NCBI GenBank assembly: GCA_033763315.1
Contig: JANRKS010000040.1
Location: 235,631-299,630 of the forward strand
DNA: 64,000 nt
Reading direction: 5' to 3'
From: Deltaproteobacteria bacterium
Lineage (GTDB): Bacteria > Myxococcota_A > Polyangia > Fen-1088
Under the pieces are notes generated by a model, which saw nothing but the letters and a program-made list of their open reading frames with translations, had not been told where the DNA came from and searched no databases. The position numbers and the translations under genes are program-made. This document shows positions 41,760-49,833 of the stretch, in pieces (the first letter of the stretch is position 1; each line of letters begins with the position of its first letter).

Positions 41760-42539
41760 TCACCTTGAACTTGCATCGCCTTGCTGCAACGACTTAAGCA
41801 ACGACTGCACCCTTTGTGTATACGGCGAGCCATCTTTGCGGCGCAAGAAAGTCGCGCCTGCTTGCAGAGCCGCCTCCCGTTGCCCCGCAAGAGCCAGCGC
41901 CTCGATCTGCAACACATCAACTTCAACTCCGAGCGCGTTTGGCCTGAAAGCACGCCGATGGTTCGCAAGGCGTCGCAGCGCGGCCGCACCGTCTTTCGCT
42001 TCCACGGCCGCGCGTATTTGTTCGACGCTTGCCAGCTCGGCGGCAAGTGGCGCTTGGGACCCGGCGTTGTTACGCGCAAGGGCGAGCTTAGCGTGGCGAC
42101 GGGGCCCAACCTGCGCGGGCAAGGCTTGTGACGTCACGGGGTGAACAGACAGGGGCGCAAGTGGCTGCGCTTGCATGGGCGCTGTTTCATTTACATAGGG
42201 AGCCACCTGCGCGGCCTTTGGCTTTGTTGTGGCGTTGGGGCCGAGCGAACGCACGACGCGCAAGCCTCCCACCGCCAGCGCTCCACCCGCGAGCAACACA
42301 GAAACCACCTTCGTGGCCACTACTATGCCCTGTGCGGCCTTGCCAGCCCCCGCCGCCGCGCCGGCAAGCTTCGCCACCGCCGGCCCCCCCAAACCCAGGC
42401 CTCCGGCCACACCAAGACCCGCCAAGATCCGGCCGCGTTGCTGTCGATTCAAGCCATCGCTTCGCGTGGAACGCAGCAGAGCCATCTGTAAGGGCGAGCC
42501 CTTTTTTCTGAGGCGTTCTGGATCGCGTTCGTCGGTCAT
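41760..42539 (-). CDS. Putative membrane anti-sigma factor with a C-terminal TPR-like domain
   Basis: ATGA-coupled to the ECF gene; Gly/Ala-rich TM region, Pro-rich linker and LAAEL...ALRRL...IEAL...G helical end. Confidence 0.6.
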   Translation of the reverse strand: MTDERDPERLRKKGSPLQMALLRSTRSDGLNRQQRGRILAGLGVAGGLGLGGPAVAKLAGAAAGAGKAAQGIVVATKVVSVLLAGGALAVGGLRVVRSLGPNATTKPKAAQVAPYVNETAPMQAQPLAPLSVHPVTSQALPAQVGPRRHAKLALARNNAGSQAPLAAELASVEQIRAAVEAKDGAAALRRLANHRRAFRPNALGVEVDVLQIEALALAGQREAALQAGATFLRRKDGSPYTQRVQSLLKSLQQGDASSR

Positions 42540-43168
42540 GCCGTGCCTCCTGAATCTCCCTCGGCCGTCGCATCTGCACATTGGTTCTGAAAGTCTTCGC
42601 GTGCCCGCCGCAGCCTTGAAGCGGCCGTGCCGCGCGGAATTTCCAACGCTGACGCGATCTCTGTAAGTGACAGCTCTTCGAGCTCAAACAATACAAACAC
42701 GGCGCGCAGGTCGGCATCCATGCGATCAAGAATCGTATCCAGCAGATCCCGCATTTGCGCTTGCTCTGCCGCTCGTTCAGGCGTTTGCACGCCGGGTGAA
42801 GGCAAGTGCCCCACCGCTTCGCGGGTGCGCTCCCGGCGGGCCTGCGCACGGCGCTCGTGCGAAGCCACCCGCGTCGCGACGGCTATCAAGAAGCCGCGTT
42901 CTTGTTCCGGGTGGATTGCGTTCAACTTGCCGTTCGCGGTGAGAAACACTTTCTGCACGGCATCCTCAATATCGGTGGGCGGAACGCCTAGCCTGCGAAC
43001 CGTCCGCGCCACTAGGTCTATGTGGCGGGCCACCAACTTGCGAAACCGACGCGAAGGACGCACAGGTTCCGTGGGGCGCTCCGGCAGGGGTGCCTCCTCG
43101 GGCGACGTTGGCAGTGTTACGACGCGGCTCACGATAATGCAGCTCGGCACCCAGACGGGTGCGTTCAC
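42536..43168 (-). CDS. ECF-family RNA polymerase sigma factor
   Basis: DIEDAVQKVF (region 2) and RAVFVLFELEELSLTEIASALEIPRGTAASRLRRAR (region 4). Start uncertain; GTG 43168 follows the putative promoter. Confidence 0.9.
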   Translation of the reverse strand: MNAPVWVPSCIIVSRVVTLPTSPEEAPLPERPTEPVRPSRRFRKLVARHIDLVARTVRRLGVPPTDIEDAVQKVFLTANGKLNAIHPEQERGFLIAVATRVASHERRAQARRERTREAVGHLPSPGVQTPERAAEQAQMRDLLDTILDRMDADLRAVFVLFELEELSLTEIASALEIPRGTAASRLRRAREDFQNQCADATAEGDSGGTA

Positions 43169-43175
43169 GAAGGAG

Positions 43176-43203
43176 ATGCCCAGCAAATCGATAACGGATC
43201 ACG
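43176..43203 (-). promoter_or_regulatory. Putative autoregulated ECF promoter
   Basis: CGTGATCCG-ttat-CGAT-ttgct-GGGCAT, preceded by a T-tract; matches 41009-41036. Confidence 0.65.
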
Positions 43204-43207
43204 GCGC

Positions 43208-44206
43208 CTAAAAAATTACGCCGACGTCCACCATCGCCACCGCCCCCAAACCGGGCGTTTGGTACAGGAGGACATCGGGAGATCGAAACACGAACTGATG
43301 ACGCAGCAGCGGCATCGCGGCGCCGCCCACCACGCGAATGAAAAACGGGCCGCCTGGATGCACTGACATTTGTACTGTTGCCTCAACTGAGAGCCACAGC
43401 CGCGTCGCGTCCCGAGGCTGCGCCAAGTCCAATCCCTGGCCACGGATGGCACCAACGTTTAGGCCCAGGCAAGGGCCCCGCAGCATGAAAGGCGGGCGGT
43501 TGAACGCAGCCGCGCACGCGGACAGGGCGCCAGCCGTCCAATCAAAGCGCGCGCGGCCCGCATCCGCTTGTAACGGCAGCTCGGTGCGTGGTGCGTGCGC
43601 CACCATCACGCCCACCGCCGGAGACCACTGCCACTTTTGCTCTGTATGCGAGCGCGCCCACCACAACGACAGCCCTGCGCCCATCGCCAAGCTGCGCCAC
43701 AGATCTGTGCGCCCCACGCCTGTCGCGCTTAGCCGCCATTGGGAGAGTGGGCGTTTAGGCACAGTCGGTGGCGAAGTCTGGGCCGGGGCAGTCACCCGTC
43801 GTTGTGAACCATCCTCCGCTGCCTTGTGGTTCACCCCTTCGCCTGTACGTGGGTCCACCGCCAACACCACCATTAGGGCCAGGGCCGACACCACCGCCTC
43901 GCAGGCACCGTCGCGCACATGCCGAACCGAGTCCTCAGCTGGCCCGGCCCGCAGGTTCCCCATGTAGCCATCATCTAAGTGTTTCACTGTCACGAAAAAC
44001 ACGTTCTCCGTCTGTGATGCCTCCGTGATCACGATCCGAGGTGAACGGCGCAAGACCTCTTGCGCCACGACTGCGTTCGGCGGGCATTCCGGCGGCGCTT
44101 GATAGTCGATAGCTATCGCAATCGGTGTCTGGCCCGTCGCCCGCGCGACGTTGTTGGCGAGCAGGACCCCGAGAAGGGGCAGCCAAACACGTGCCGCAAA
44201 AGTCAT
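43208..44206 (-). CDS. Secreted protein with a probable C-terminal outer-membrane beta-barrel
   Basis: Signal peptide ending ARA, N-domain with a Cys pair (ECP...ACE), Pro linker, amphipathic strands and terminal Phe (GVIF). Confidence 0.55.
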   Translation of the reverse strand: MTFAARVWLPLLGVLLANNVARATGQTPIAIAIDYQAPPECPPNAVVAQEVLRRSPRIVITEASQTENVFFVTVKHLDDGYMGNLRAGPAEDSVRHVRDGACEAVVSALALMVVLAVDPRTGEGVNHKAAEDGSQRRVTAPAQTSPPTVPKRPLSQWRLSATGVGRTDLWRSLAMGAGLSLWWARSHTEQKWQWSPAVGVMVAHAPRTELPLQADAGRARFDWTAGALSACAAAFNRPPFMLRGPCLGLNVGAIRGQGLDLAQPRDATRLWLSVEATVQMSVHPGGPFFIRVVGGAAMPLLRHQFVFRSPDVLLYQTPGLGAVAMVDVGVIF

Positions 44207-44385
44207 CGATGATGCCGCAAGATGCGCTTTCAAAACACATGGCCCCCCTCCACCGTGTAGGGGTTGGGACGGTCCACCAAACACCTGACGGGCACGGCGA
44301 AGGGTCAAGTTTGCATTTTATCCCAAATACGGCTGAGTTTCGTGGGAAGTCGAGACGCCACCTCCGTTCGTGGCTACCTTCAGGG

Positions 44386-46044
44386 ATGGATCCACATTCC
44401 TTGCGTCTTCTACGGGTGTTTTGTGCTTTTGGAACTTTGGCGGCCTTTTGCGTTGAGGCGGCCGCATGGGCCGGCGATCCACCTGCGCTTTATCCGTACC
44501 TGATCGAGGCCAACCGGGCGCAGGTCGTGATGCTCGCAGAGCGCGAGTTGTTGCCACACGACCAACTTCGCCGCATCGCGGGTGCGCTGAAGACAGCGGC
44601 TACCGAGCCCGCTGCACCAGGCGTACAGAGATCACCCAATTACCTTGCATTGGAGGCGCGTCTGGTCGAGCTCATCGGACCCGAAGCGTCCAACATTCAC
44701 GTTGGCCGCAGCCGAAACGATCTTGGGGAGACGATGAACCGCATGTGGTTGCGTGACCAAGTGTTGCGAATCGCTGAGGCGCTTTTCAGCGTTCGCTCCA
44801 CGCTGCAGAAAGTGGCAGGCGCTCATTTGGAAACCGTCATGCCTGGCTTCACTCAAGCGGTGCAGGCGCAGCCAACGACCGTCGCACATTTTCTGCTCGC
44901 CCTTGACAGCTCGCTCGAACGAGACGGTCAACGTCTGCGAGAGCTTTACAAACGTATCAATCGCAGCCCGTTGGGCAGTGGCGCCTTCACGACCTCGGGG
45001 TTCCCCCTTGATCGCGTTCGATTGGCAGACCTTTTGGCGTTCGACGGTCTCATAGAGAACTCCTACGACGCGATCATGGTCTCTGCGGCAGACAGCAAGG
45101 TGGAATTCTCCATGGTGATTGGCCTTTCGGCGATAAACATCGGGCGCTTTGCCCAGTCGCTCGTCTTCCAGTACGACGACCCCTCTGCCGGAATGGTGCT
45201 TGACGGTCCTATCACGACCCACAGCAGCGCGATGCCGCAAAAGCGTAACCCGAGTGCACTCGAGCGGCTTCGCCTCGGCGCAAGCGAGGTTCTGGCGAAC
45301 GCACACGCCTCGGCCATGTTTTCCCACAACACGCCCATGTACGAGGTGAAGGACGTACGCGAGGACCACCTCATCCGGCTCATCCGCTTCGCAGATGAGG
45401 CCGTCGCGATGTTCGAGAGTCTCAAGGCGGTACTTGAATCCTTAACGATTCGCCGTGACGTCCTACGCAACCTAGTGGACGGCGACTACTCCACCATGTC
45501 AGAGCTGGCCGATACCCTCTTGCGGCAGGCGAATGTGCCCTTTCGCACGGGATACAAGGTGGCCTCCGAGCTGACGACCTACGGAAAAGCCAAAGGCAAA
45601 AAAACCGCGGAGCTAACACTGCAAGAGGTGTCGGAGATCTTCCATCGTTTGACAGGCGCTGCGTTTCCCCTCTCGGAAGCACAACTTCGGCAGGCCTTTG
45701 ATCCCGCAGCACTCATCGCCAATCGCAAAGGCCGCGGCGGGCCGCAACCCGCTGAGACCGCACGCATGTTGCGCGTGCAACAGCAAGACGTGGCGCAGGC
45801 GCGCCTGTGGGTTCAAGGATGCCGTAAGGCGTCCCAGAATGCCTCCTGGCGGCTACAGCGAAGCTTCGACGCGTTGGTGCGTTGGTGCGTTGAGGCTTTG
45901 CTCGGCCAGGGCCTTGGTGGCGTTGCCGGCGACGATTTGCCGGATTGCATGTCGCAGCAACCCGCCGTCAGGGCAAAGGCCACGAAACCAGCTCGAGCCT
46001 CCGGCCTTGACATACGTATGCGGATACGTATTCTTGAGGCATGA
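44386..46044 (+). CDS. Argininosuccinate-lyase-like (fumarase/aspartase superfamily) protein with signal peptide
   Basis: HVGRSRND, SPLGSGA and the SSAMPQKRNP signature; N-terminal signal peptide ending AWA; 53-aa read-through tail. Confidence 0.8.
   Translation: MDPHSLRLLRVFCAFGTLAAFCVEAAAWAGDPPALYPYLIEANRAQVVMLAERELLPHDQLRRIAGALKTAATEPAAPGVQRSPNYLALEARLVELIGPEASNIHVGRSRNDLGETMNRMWLRDQVLRIAEALFSVRSTLQKVAGAHLETVMPGFTQAVQAQPTTVAHFLLALDSSLERDGQRLRELYKRINRSPLGSGAFTTSGFPLDRVRLADLLAFDGLIENSYDAIMVSAADSKVEFSMVIGLSAINIGRFAQSLVFQYDDPSAGMVLDGPITTHSSAMPQKRNPSALERLRLGASEVLANAHASAMFSHNTPMYEVKDVREDHLIRLIRFADEAVAMFESLKAVLESLTIRRDVLRNLVDGDYSTMSELADTLLRQANVPFRTGYKVASELTTYGKAKGKKTAELTLQEVSEIFHRLTGAAFPLSEAQLRQAFDPAALIANRKGRGGPQPAETARMLRVQQQDVAQARLWVQGCRKASQNASWRLQRSFDALVRWCVEALLGQGLGGVAGDDLPDCMSQQPAVRAKATKPARASGLDIRMRIRILEA
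46007..46034 (+). promoter_or_regulatory. Sigma70 promoter/operator of vapBC
   Basis: TTGACA-16 nt-TATTCT. Palindrome CATACGTATG (46011-46020) and a second ATACGTAT (46024-46031) overlap the promoter. Confidence 0.7.
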
Positions 46045-46283
46045 GAACCACCCTCGTCCTCGACGACAACTTGTTCAAGAAGGCGCGGGAACGAGCGACC
46101 GCGTCAAACAGCACCATCAGCGACGTCGTAAACGAAGCCTTGCGTGAAGCGTTGGCCAAACCTCCTCTAACGGCAACACCATTCGAAATGCTGACATTTG
46201 CCGGAGGCGACAAGAAAATGCATGAGCCAAGCGATTTCGCGGAACTGCTATCCTTGGATGACTCCGCATCGCTGGGACGCTGA
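46041..46283 (+). CDS. vapB: VapB-type ribbon-helix-helix antitoxin
   Basis: MRTTLVLDDNLF...ISDVVNEALR; directly upstream of a PIN toxin. Confidence 0.85.
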   Translation: MRTTLVLDDNLFKKARERATASNSTISDVVNEALREALAKPPLTATPFEMLTFAGGDKKMHEPSDFAELLSLDDSASLGR

Positions 46284-46286
46284 ATC

Positions 46287-46721
46287 GTGTTGATGCCCGA
46301 CGTGAATGTGTTGGTTTATGCCCACCGACAAGACGAGGTTGTTCACGAGGCTTACAAGCATTGGTTGGATGCGATGGTACAAGGACCACAGCCTTTCGCA
46401 TTAAGCGTGTTGGTTGCGGTGGCATTCGTTCGCATCTGTACGAATCCACGCATCTATAAAGTGCCAACACCACTTCCAATCGCGCTGGCTTCGGTCGATC
46501 AGATTGCCAACCATCCTAACTGCCGGATCATGTCACCCGACACCAACCATTGGCAGCTCGTCTCACAGTTGTGTCGGACAACCAATGCGACAGGAAAGCT
46601 CGTAGCAGATGCCCAGCATGCAGCCCTCGCAATTGCGGAAGGCTGCACTTTTGTAACGCGCGACTCTGACTTCGCGAAGTTCGCTAACCACGGTTTAACG
46701 TGGAAGCATTTGGTGTTCTAG
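46287..46721 (+). CDS. vapC: VapC PIN-domain ribonuclease toxin
   Basis: PDVNVLVYA, DAQHAALA and TRDSDF. Confidence 0.9.
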   Translation: MLMPDVNVLVYAHRQDEVVHEAYKHWLDAMVQGPQPFALSVLVAVAFVRICTNPRIYKVPTPLPIALASVDQIANHPNCRIMSPDTNHWQLVSQLCRTTNATGKLVADAQHAALAIAEGCTFVTRDSDFAKFANHGLTWKHLVF

Positions 46722-46789
46722 CCGCAAGAGCCGCACATTACACATGCGCGTACGCTTCGGCGGTTCGGTGATCAAGGTGTGTCACACAG

Positions 46790-47086
46790 TTGGCTGGCAC
46801 GCAAAGGCTGCTGTGGGATAGCGGCAAACAACAAAGCGCGGTGAACGCGCACGTGCTCTACCAGGGCACGCCCCTCGTGTCCCGGCAACGCTACCAGGTG
46901 CAAGTGGACGTGTGGGATCAAGACGACAAGCTAGCGAGCGCCCACGAGCCCGCGTTCTTTGAGACGGCGTTCCTGCAACCGCACGAGTGGCAAGCGCGGT
47001 GGATCGGCAAAGACAAGCCCCCCAAAGACGTGCCCGTACTTCTTCGGAAAGCGTTCCGAATCGACAAACGTGTGCGCAACGCGCGG
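46790..47086 (+). pseudogene. N-terminal fragment of a GH78 alpha-L-rhamnosidase
   Basis: LWDSGK...YQG.PL.SRQRY.V.V.VWD...FET...W.ARWI...LLRKAF. Resemblance stops after ~100 aa and there is no catalytic domain. Confidence 0.7.
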
Positions 47087-47118
47087 AAGCCCGTGACGGG
47101 TTCGATTATGATGAAGAC

Positions 47119-47631
47119 ATGCGCCTCGGTCGCCAGGCGGTTGCTGTTGTGTTCCTTATCGTTGCCTCTTGCTCGGATGACAGGGACGCGTTGCCCACCG
47201 AGGGTGGGGCAATCGACGCACCGGTGGGCATGGATGGGAGCAGGGACGTCGTTCTGGGAGTCGATGCGAACAATGACGTGCGTGTCTGCGAGACGCCCAA
47301 TCCAGCCGAAATGTGTCCGACGACCGCTTCGGCGTGTGTGCCATCAAGTTGCCATTGCTTTAATGGCTTGTGGGCCTGCACGGGAGATTGTGGTGGCGGG
47401 CGCGGCTGCGGCGACGGGGGCCTTGTGGACGCGCCAGGGCCAGACGCTGTGTGCACGACCACCGGCGGCGCACAGCAAGGCTGCACCGCAATCGCGTGCA
47501 CGCCTGGAATGGATCAGACGTGCAACGACAACCCTGTGCTCTCGTCGCTGCATGGACGTTGCAATGCGGATCGCACGTGCACGTGCACGCCGCCCTTCCC
47601 CCTGAATCCAGTCACCGGACGATGTCTGTGA
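47119..47631 (+). CDS. Small Cys-rich lipoprotein
   Basis: MRLGR...IVASC lipobox, D-rich linkers and two Cys clusters. Confidence 0.65.
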   Translation: MRLGRQAVAVVFLIVASCSDDRDALPTEGGAIDAPVGMDGSRDVVLGVDANNDVRVCETPNPAEMCPTTASACVPSSCHCFNGLWACTGDCGGGRGCGDGGLVDAPGPDAVCTTTGGAQQGCTAIACTPGMDQTCNDNPVLSSLHGRCNADRTCTCTPPFPLNPVTGRCL

Positions 47632-47718
47632 GGCTGCCCCCGTTCCCACACGGCTAAAGCAGCCTTCGCTCAGAAAACATGTGCGGCCCCAAGGCGGCCT
47701 CTTTTTCCTGGCCGCCTA

Positions 47719-48252
47719 TCAGCTGCCGGCGGCCTTAGCATCGCTTTTGGGCAGGAGGCTTTTCGGGCGGACGATCACCAAAATGCCCATACTTAGAAAC
47801 ATCAACGGCACGACGACCCCTGCCGACAGATGCCATGAAACGCCACGATGGATCACCGATTCGTGAGGCTGTTGCGGGTTGACGAAGCAAGTTACCTGGG
47901 ATCCTGAAGGCGCGGCCGCCCGCTGCTGGCACGGCTTTGCGCCGTTTGTGAACACTTCGAAGAAGTCCGTCCGCTCGCCTATCCACTGCCTCCCTCGAAA
48001 CTCGTACTGGTACCTTGCCCGCCACCTGTAGGTTCGCCCTTTCCCACCGCGCCCCTCCAAGGATGAACTGAGAATCGTACACGTGGTGCGGTACCAGCTG
48101 CGCGCTCTTGCAACCTCCATCATTGGCTTGATGGCGCCTATCCAAATGCCAAGCACACCCGGTGCCACAAAAAGCGAACCAACCGCCAGCCTTCGTAGCC
48201 AGGACACCTTGGGCGCGTCTCTTTGCGTATTCGGTGTTTGCACTTCGCGCAT
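47719..48252 (-). CDS. DUF3592-like two-TM membrane protein
   Basis: TM helix, ARSW..T.CTI..S, Y.Y...G, VTCFVNPQQP.ESV and a second TM helix. Confidence 0.7.
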   Translation of the reverse strand: MREVQTPNTQRDAPKVSWLRRLAVGSLFVAPGVLGIWIGAIKPMMEVARARSWYRTTCTILSSSLEGRGGKGRTYRWRARYQYEFRGRQWIGERTDFFEVFTNGAKPCQQRAAAPSGSQVTCFVNPQQPHESVIHRGVSWHLSAGVVVPLMFLSMGILVIVRPKSLLPKSDAKAAGS

Positions 48253-48507
48253 CCGCCGCGCGACAAGTTAGCATTGATTAAGCGCGGGTGTGATCCCTTC
48301 GCTCGGCTGCGGCCGTGCTTTCACCTTGAGTGATGTCGGAAGCTCATTGCCAAGACGATGAGGATCTCCCACGCGCAGCTTCCGGCTGCACATTTGCGAG
48401 CAGCGACCGCATTGACAGCGGGGCACCCCTCTTGCTGATGGGCGGCGCCGTTGCAACGGCTCTTCTTGCGCGGCGCAGGTCCCGCCGCCCCGGCAAATGA
48501 CCTTCCA

Positions 48508-49833
48508 CTACAGGTCAGGCAAATGCCCGGTGCCGTTTGTGCCGAAGCGGGGCGTTGGCACACCACTGAGATCGAGGACGCTCGCAAGTGCGTTGGCGTA
48601 TTGAACTTCGTGGTAGTTGTATTTGATGTCGCGGCCGGTTTTAAGCCGCCCGCCAGCCTGTCCGGCCAACACAACGGGCACCTCATGTGTTTGGTGCGCC
48701 CCGTTTTGATGCTCGCTCGCGCAGATCGCGATGACATTCGAAAGCAGCGTTCCGCCGATCTCTGGCGCCGCTCGCATCTGACCGACGAGGTAGGCAAACT
48801 GCGCCACCTGATCGGCTACAACCTTTTGCGTCTTCATCGCGCCCGCAGGCGTACCGTCGTGGGATAGACCGTGGTGACCAGGTTCAATGGTGTTGTTGTT
48901 TGGACCGCTAAGTTCACCTATGCCAAGCCATGGAAATTGACGATTGTCCCACCGGTTGCTCAGACCAAAGCTTGCAAAACGCGTGAGGTCGCAACGGAAC
49001 GCAAGAACGAGGAGCCGCATAAGCGCTTGAGCCCGTTCGTTTGACAGGTCCACACTTTGTTCGGGTGGGGTGCCCGCACTACAAGCAGCGGCGGGTTTTG
49101 CTTCAAGTTCAATCGAACGTTGCACTTCGTCGAGCAGCGCCAGATGGTCATCCACCGTGCGGCGGTCAGCGGCGCCAACGCGCATCTTGAGGCGATTGGC
49201 TTCGGCCATCACGTGACTGACAACATCTTTGCGGTAGTCTCGACCTTCTGTGGGCTTTGTCTTGAACAACTTGTCCCACAGCGCTTTGGGGTCGCTATCA
49301 GGTGGAACAGGCTTCTGGGCCCCCTTCCAGGACAAATACGCCGTCCACGGGTTTTTGTTGCGCCCCATGGCGACGGTCAAAGATTGGAAACGCGTTCCGG
49401 TGCCGAGCTTTTCCGCTGCGACTTGATCGATTGAAGGGCCCCCGGCCCCGGTCGAGTTCACCCCCACGCCCGTGAACGCGGATCCATGACCCGCGTCATG
49501 ATCGCAACTCTTCACGCGCTTTCCGTCGGCGTGCTCGGTCTTCCACAGGTTTCGAACAACGACGATGTCACCCTTCACATCGGCCAAGGCCCCACCTGGC
49601 CCGAGCATGTTGTCGATGTTTTGCTGCTCGTCACCGCGGGCCCCAGACATATAGGCACCCCATCCGTTGGGGAAGAAGTACGTAACCATACGCACTGGCG
49701 GCGCCGCGAACGCGTCCCGCGAGAACCAGCGGCCACGGCCGTCAACCATTGCCTCAAGCGTTGGCAGAGCCACGGCAATGCCCGCCCCGCGCAAAAGTGT
49801 ACGTCGATCAATCGGCTTTGTGAGGGTGCTCAT
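48508..49833 (-). CDS. DUF1552 family Tat-exported protein, copy 4
   Basis: IDRRTLLRGAG..VALP.LEAM, FFPNG, SIDQVAA, AFRCDLTR, GHHGLSH and SEHQNGAH. Confidence 0.9.
   Translation of the reverse strand: MSTLTKPIDRRTLLRGAGIAVALPTLEAMVDGRGRWFSRDAFAAPPVRMVTYFFPNGWGAYMSGARGDEQQNIDNMLGPGGALADVKGDIVVVRNLWKTEHADGKRVKSCDHDAGHGSAFTGVGVNSTGAGGPSIDQVAAEKLGTGTRFQSLTVAMGRNKNPWTAYLSWKGAQKPVPPDSDPKALWDKLFKTKPTEGRDYRKDVVSHVMAEANRLKMRVGAADRRTVDDHLALLDEVQRSIELEAKPAAACSAGTPPEQSVDLSNERAQALMRLLVLAFRCDLTRFASFGLSNRWDNRQFPWLGIGELSGPNNNTIEPGHHGLSHDGTPAGAMKTQKVVADQVAQFAYLVGQMRAAPEIGGTLLSNVIAICASEHQNGAHQTHEVPVVLAGQAGGRLKTGRDIKYNYHEVQYANALASVLDLSGVPTPRFGTNGTGHLPDL

Noticed and set aside
41756-42109. N-terminal extension of ORF 41069..42109
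   Set aside because: It overlaps the anti-sigma-like gene, and the lipoprotein signal begins at ~41755.
46790-47605. 271-aa ORF as an intact gene
   Set aside because: Only the first ~100 aa look like real protein; the rest overlaps the lipoprotein at 47119-47631 in another frame.
48289-48316. Plus-strand tGTGATCC...GGCCGT partial match to the ECF motif
   Set aside because: Poor -10 match and no credible plus-strand gene downstream.
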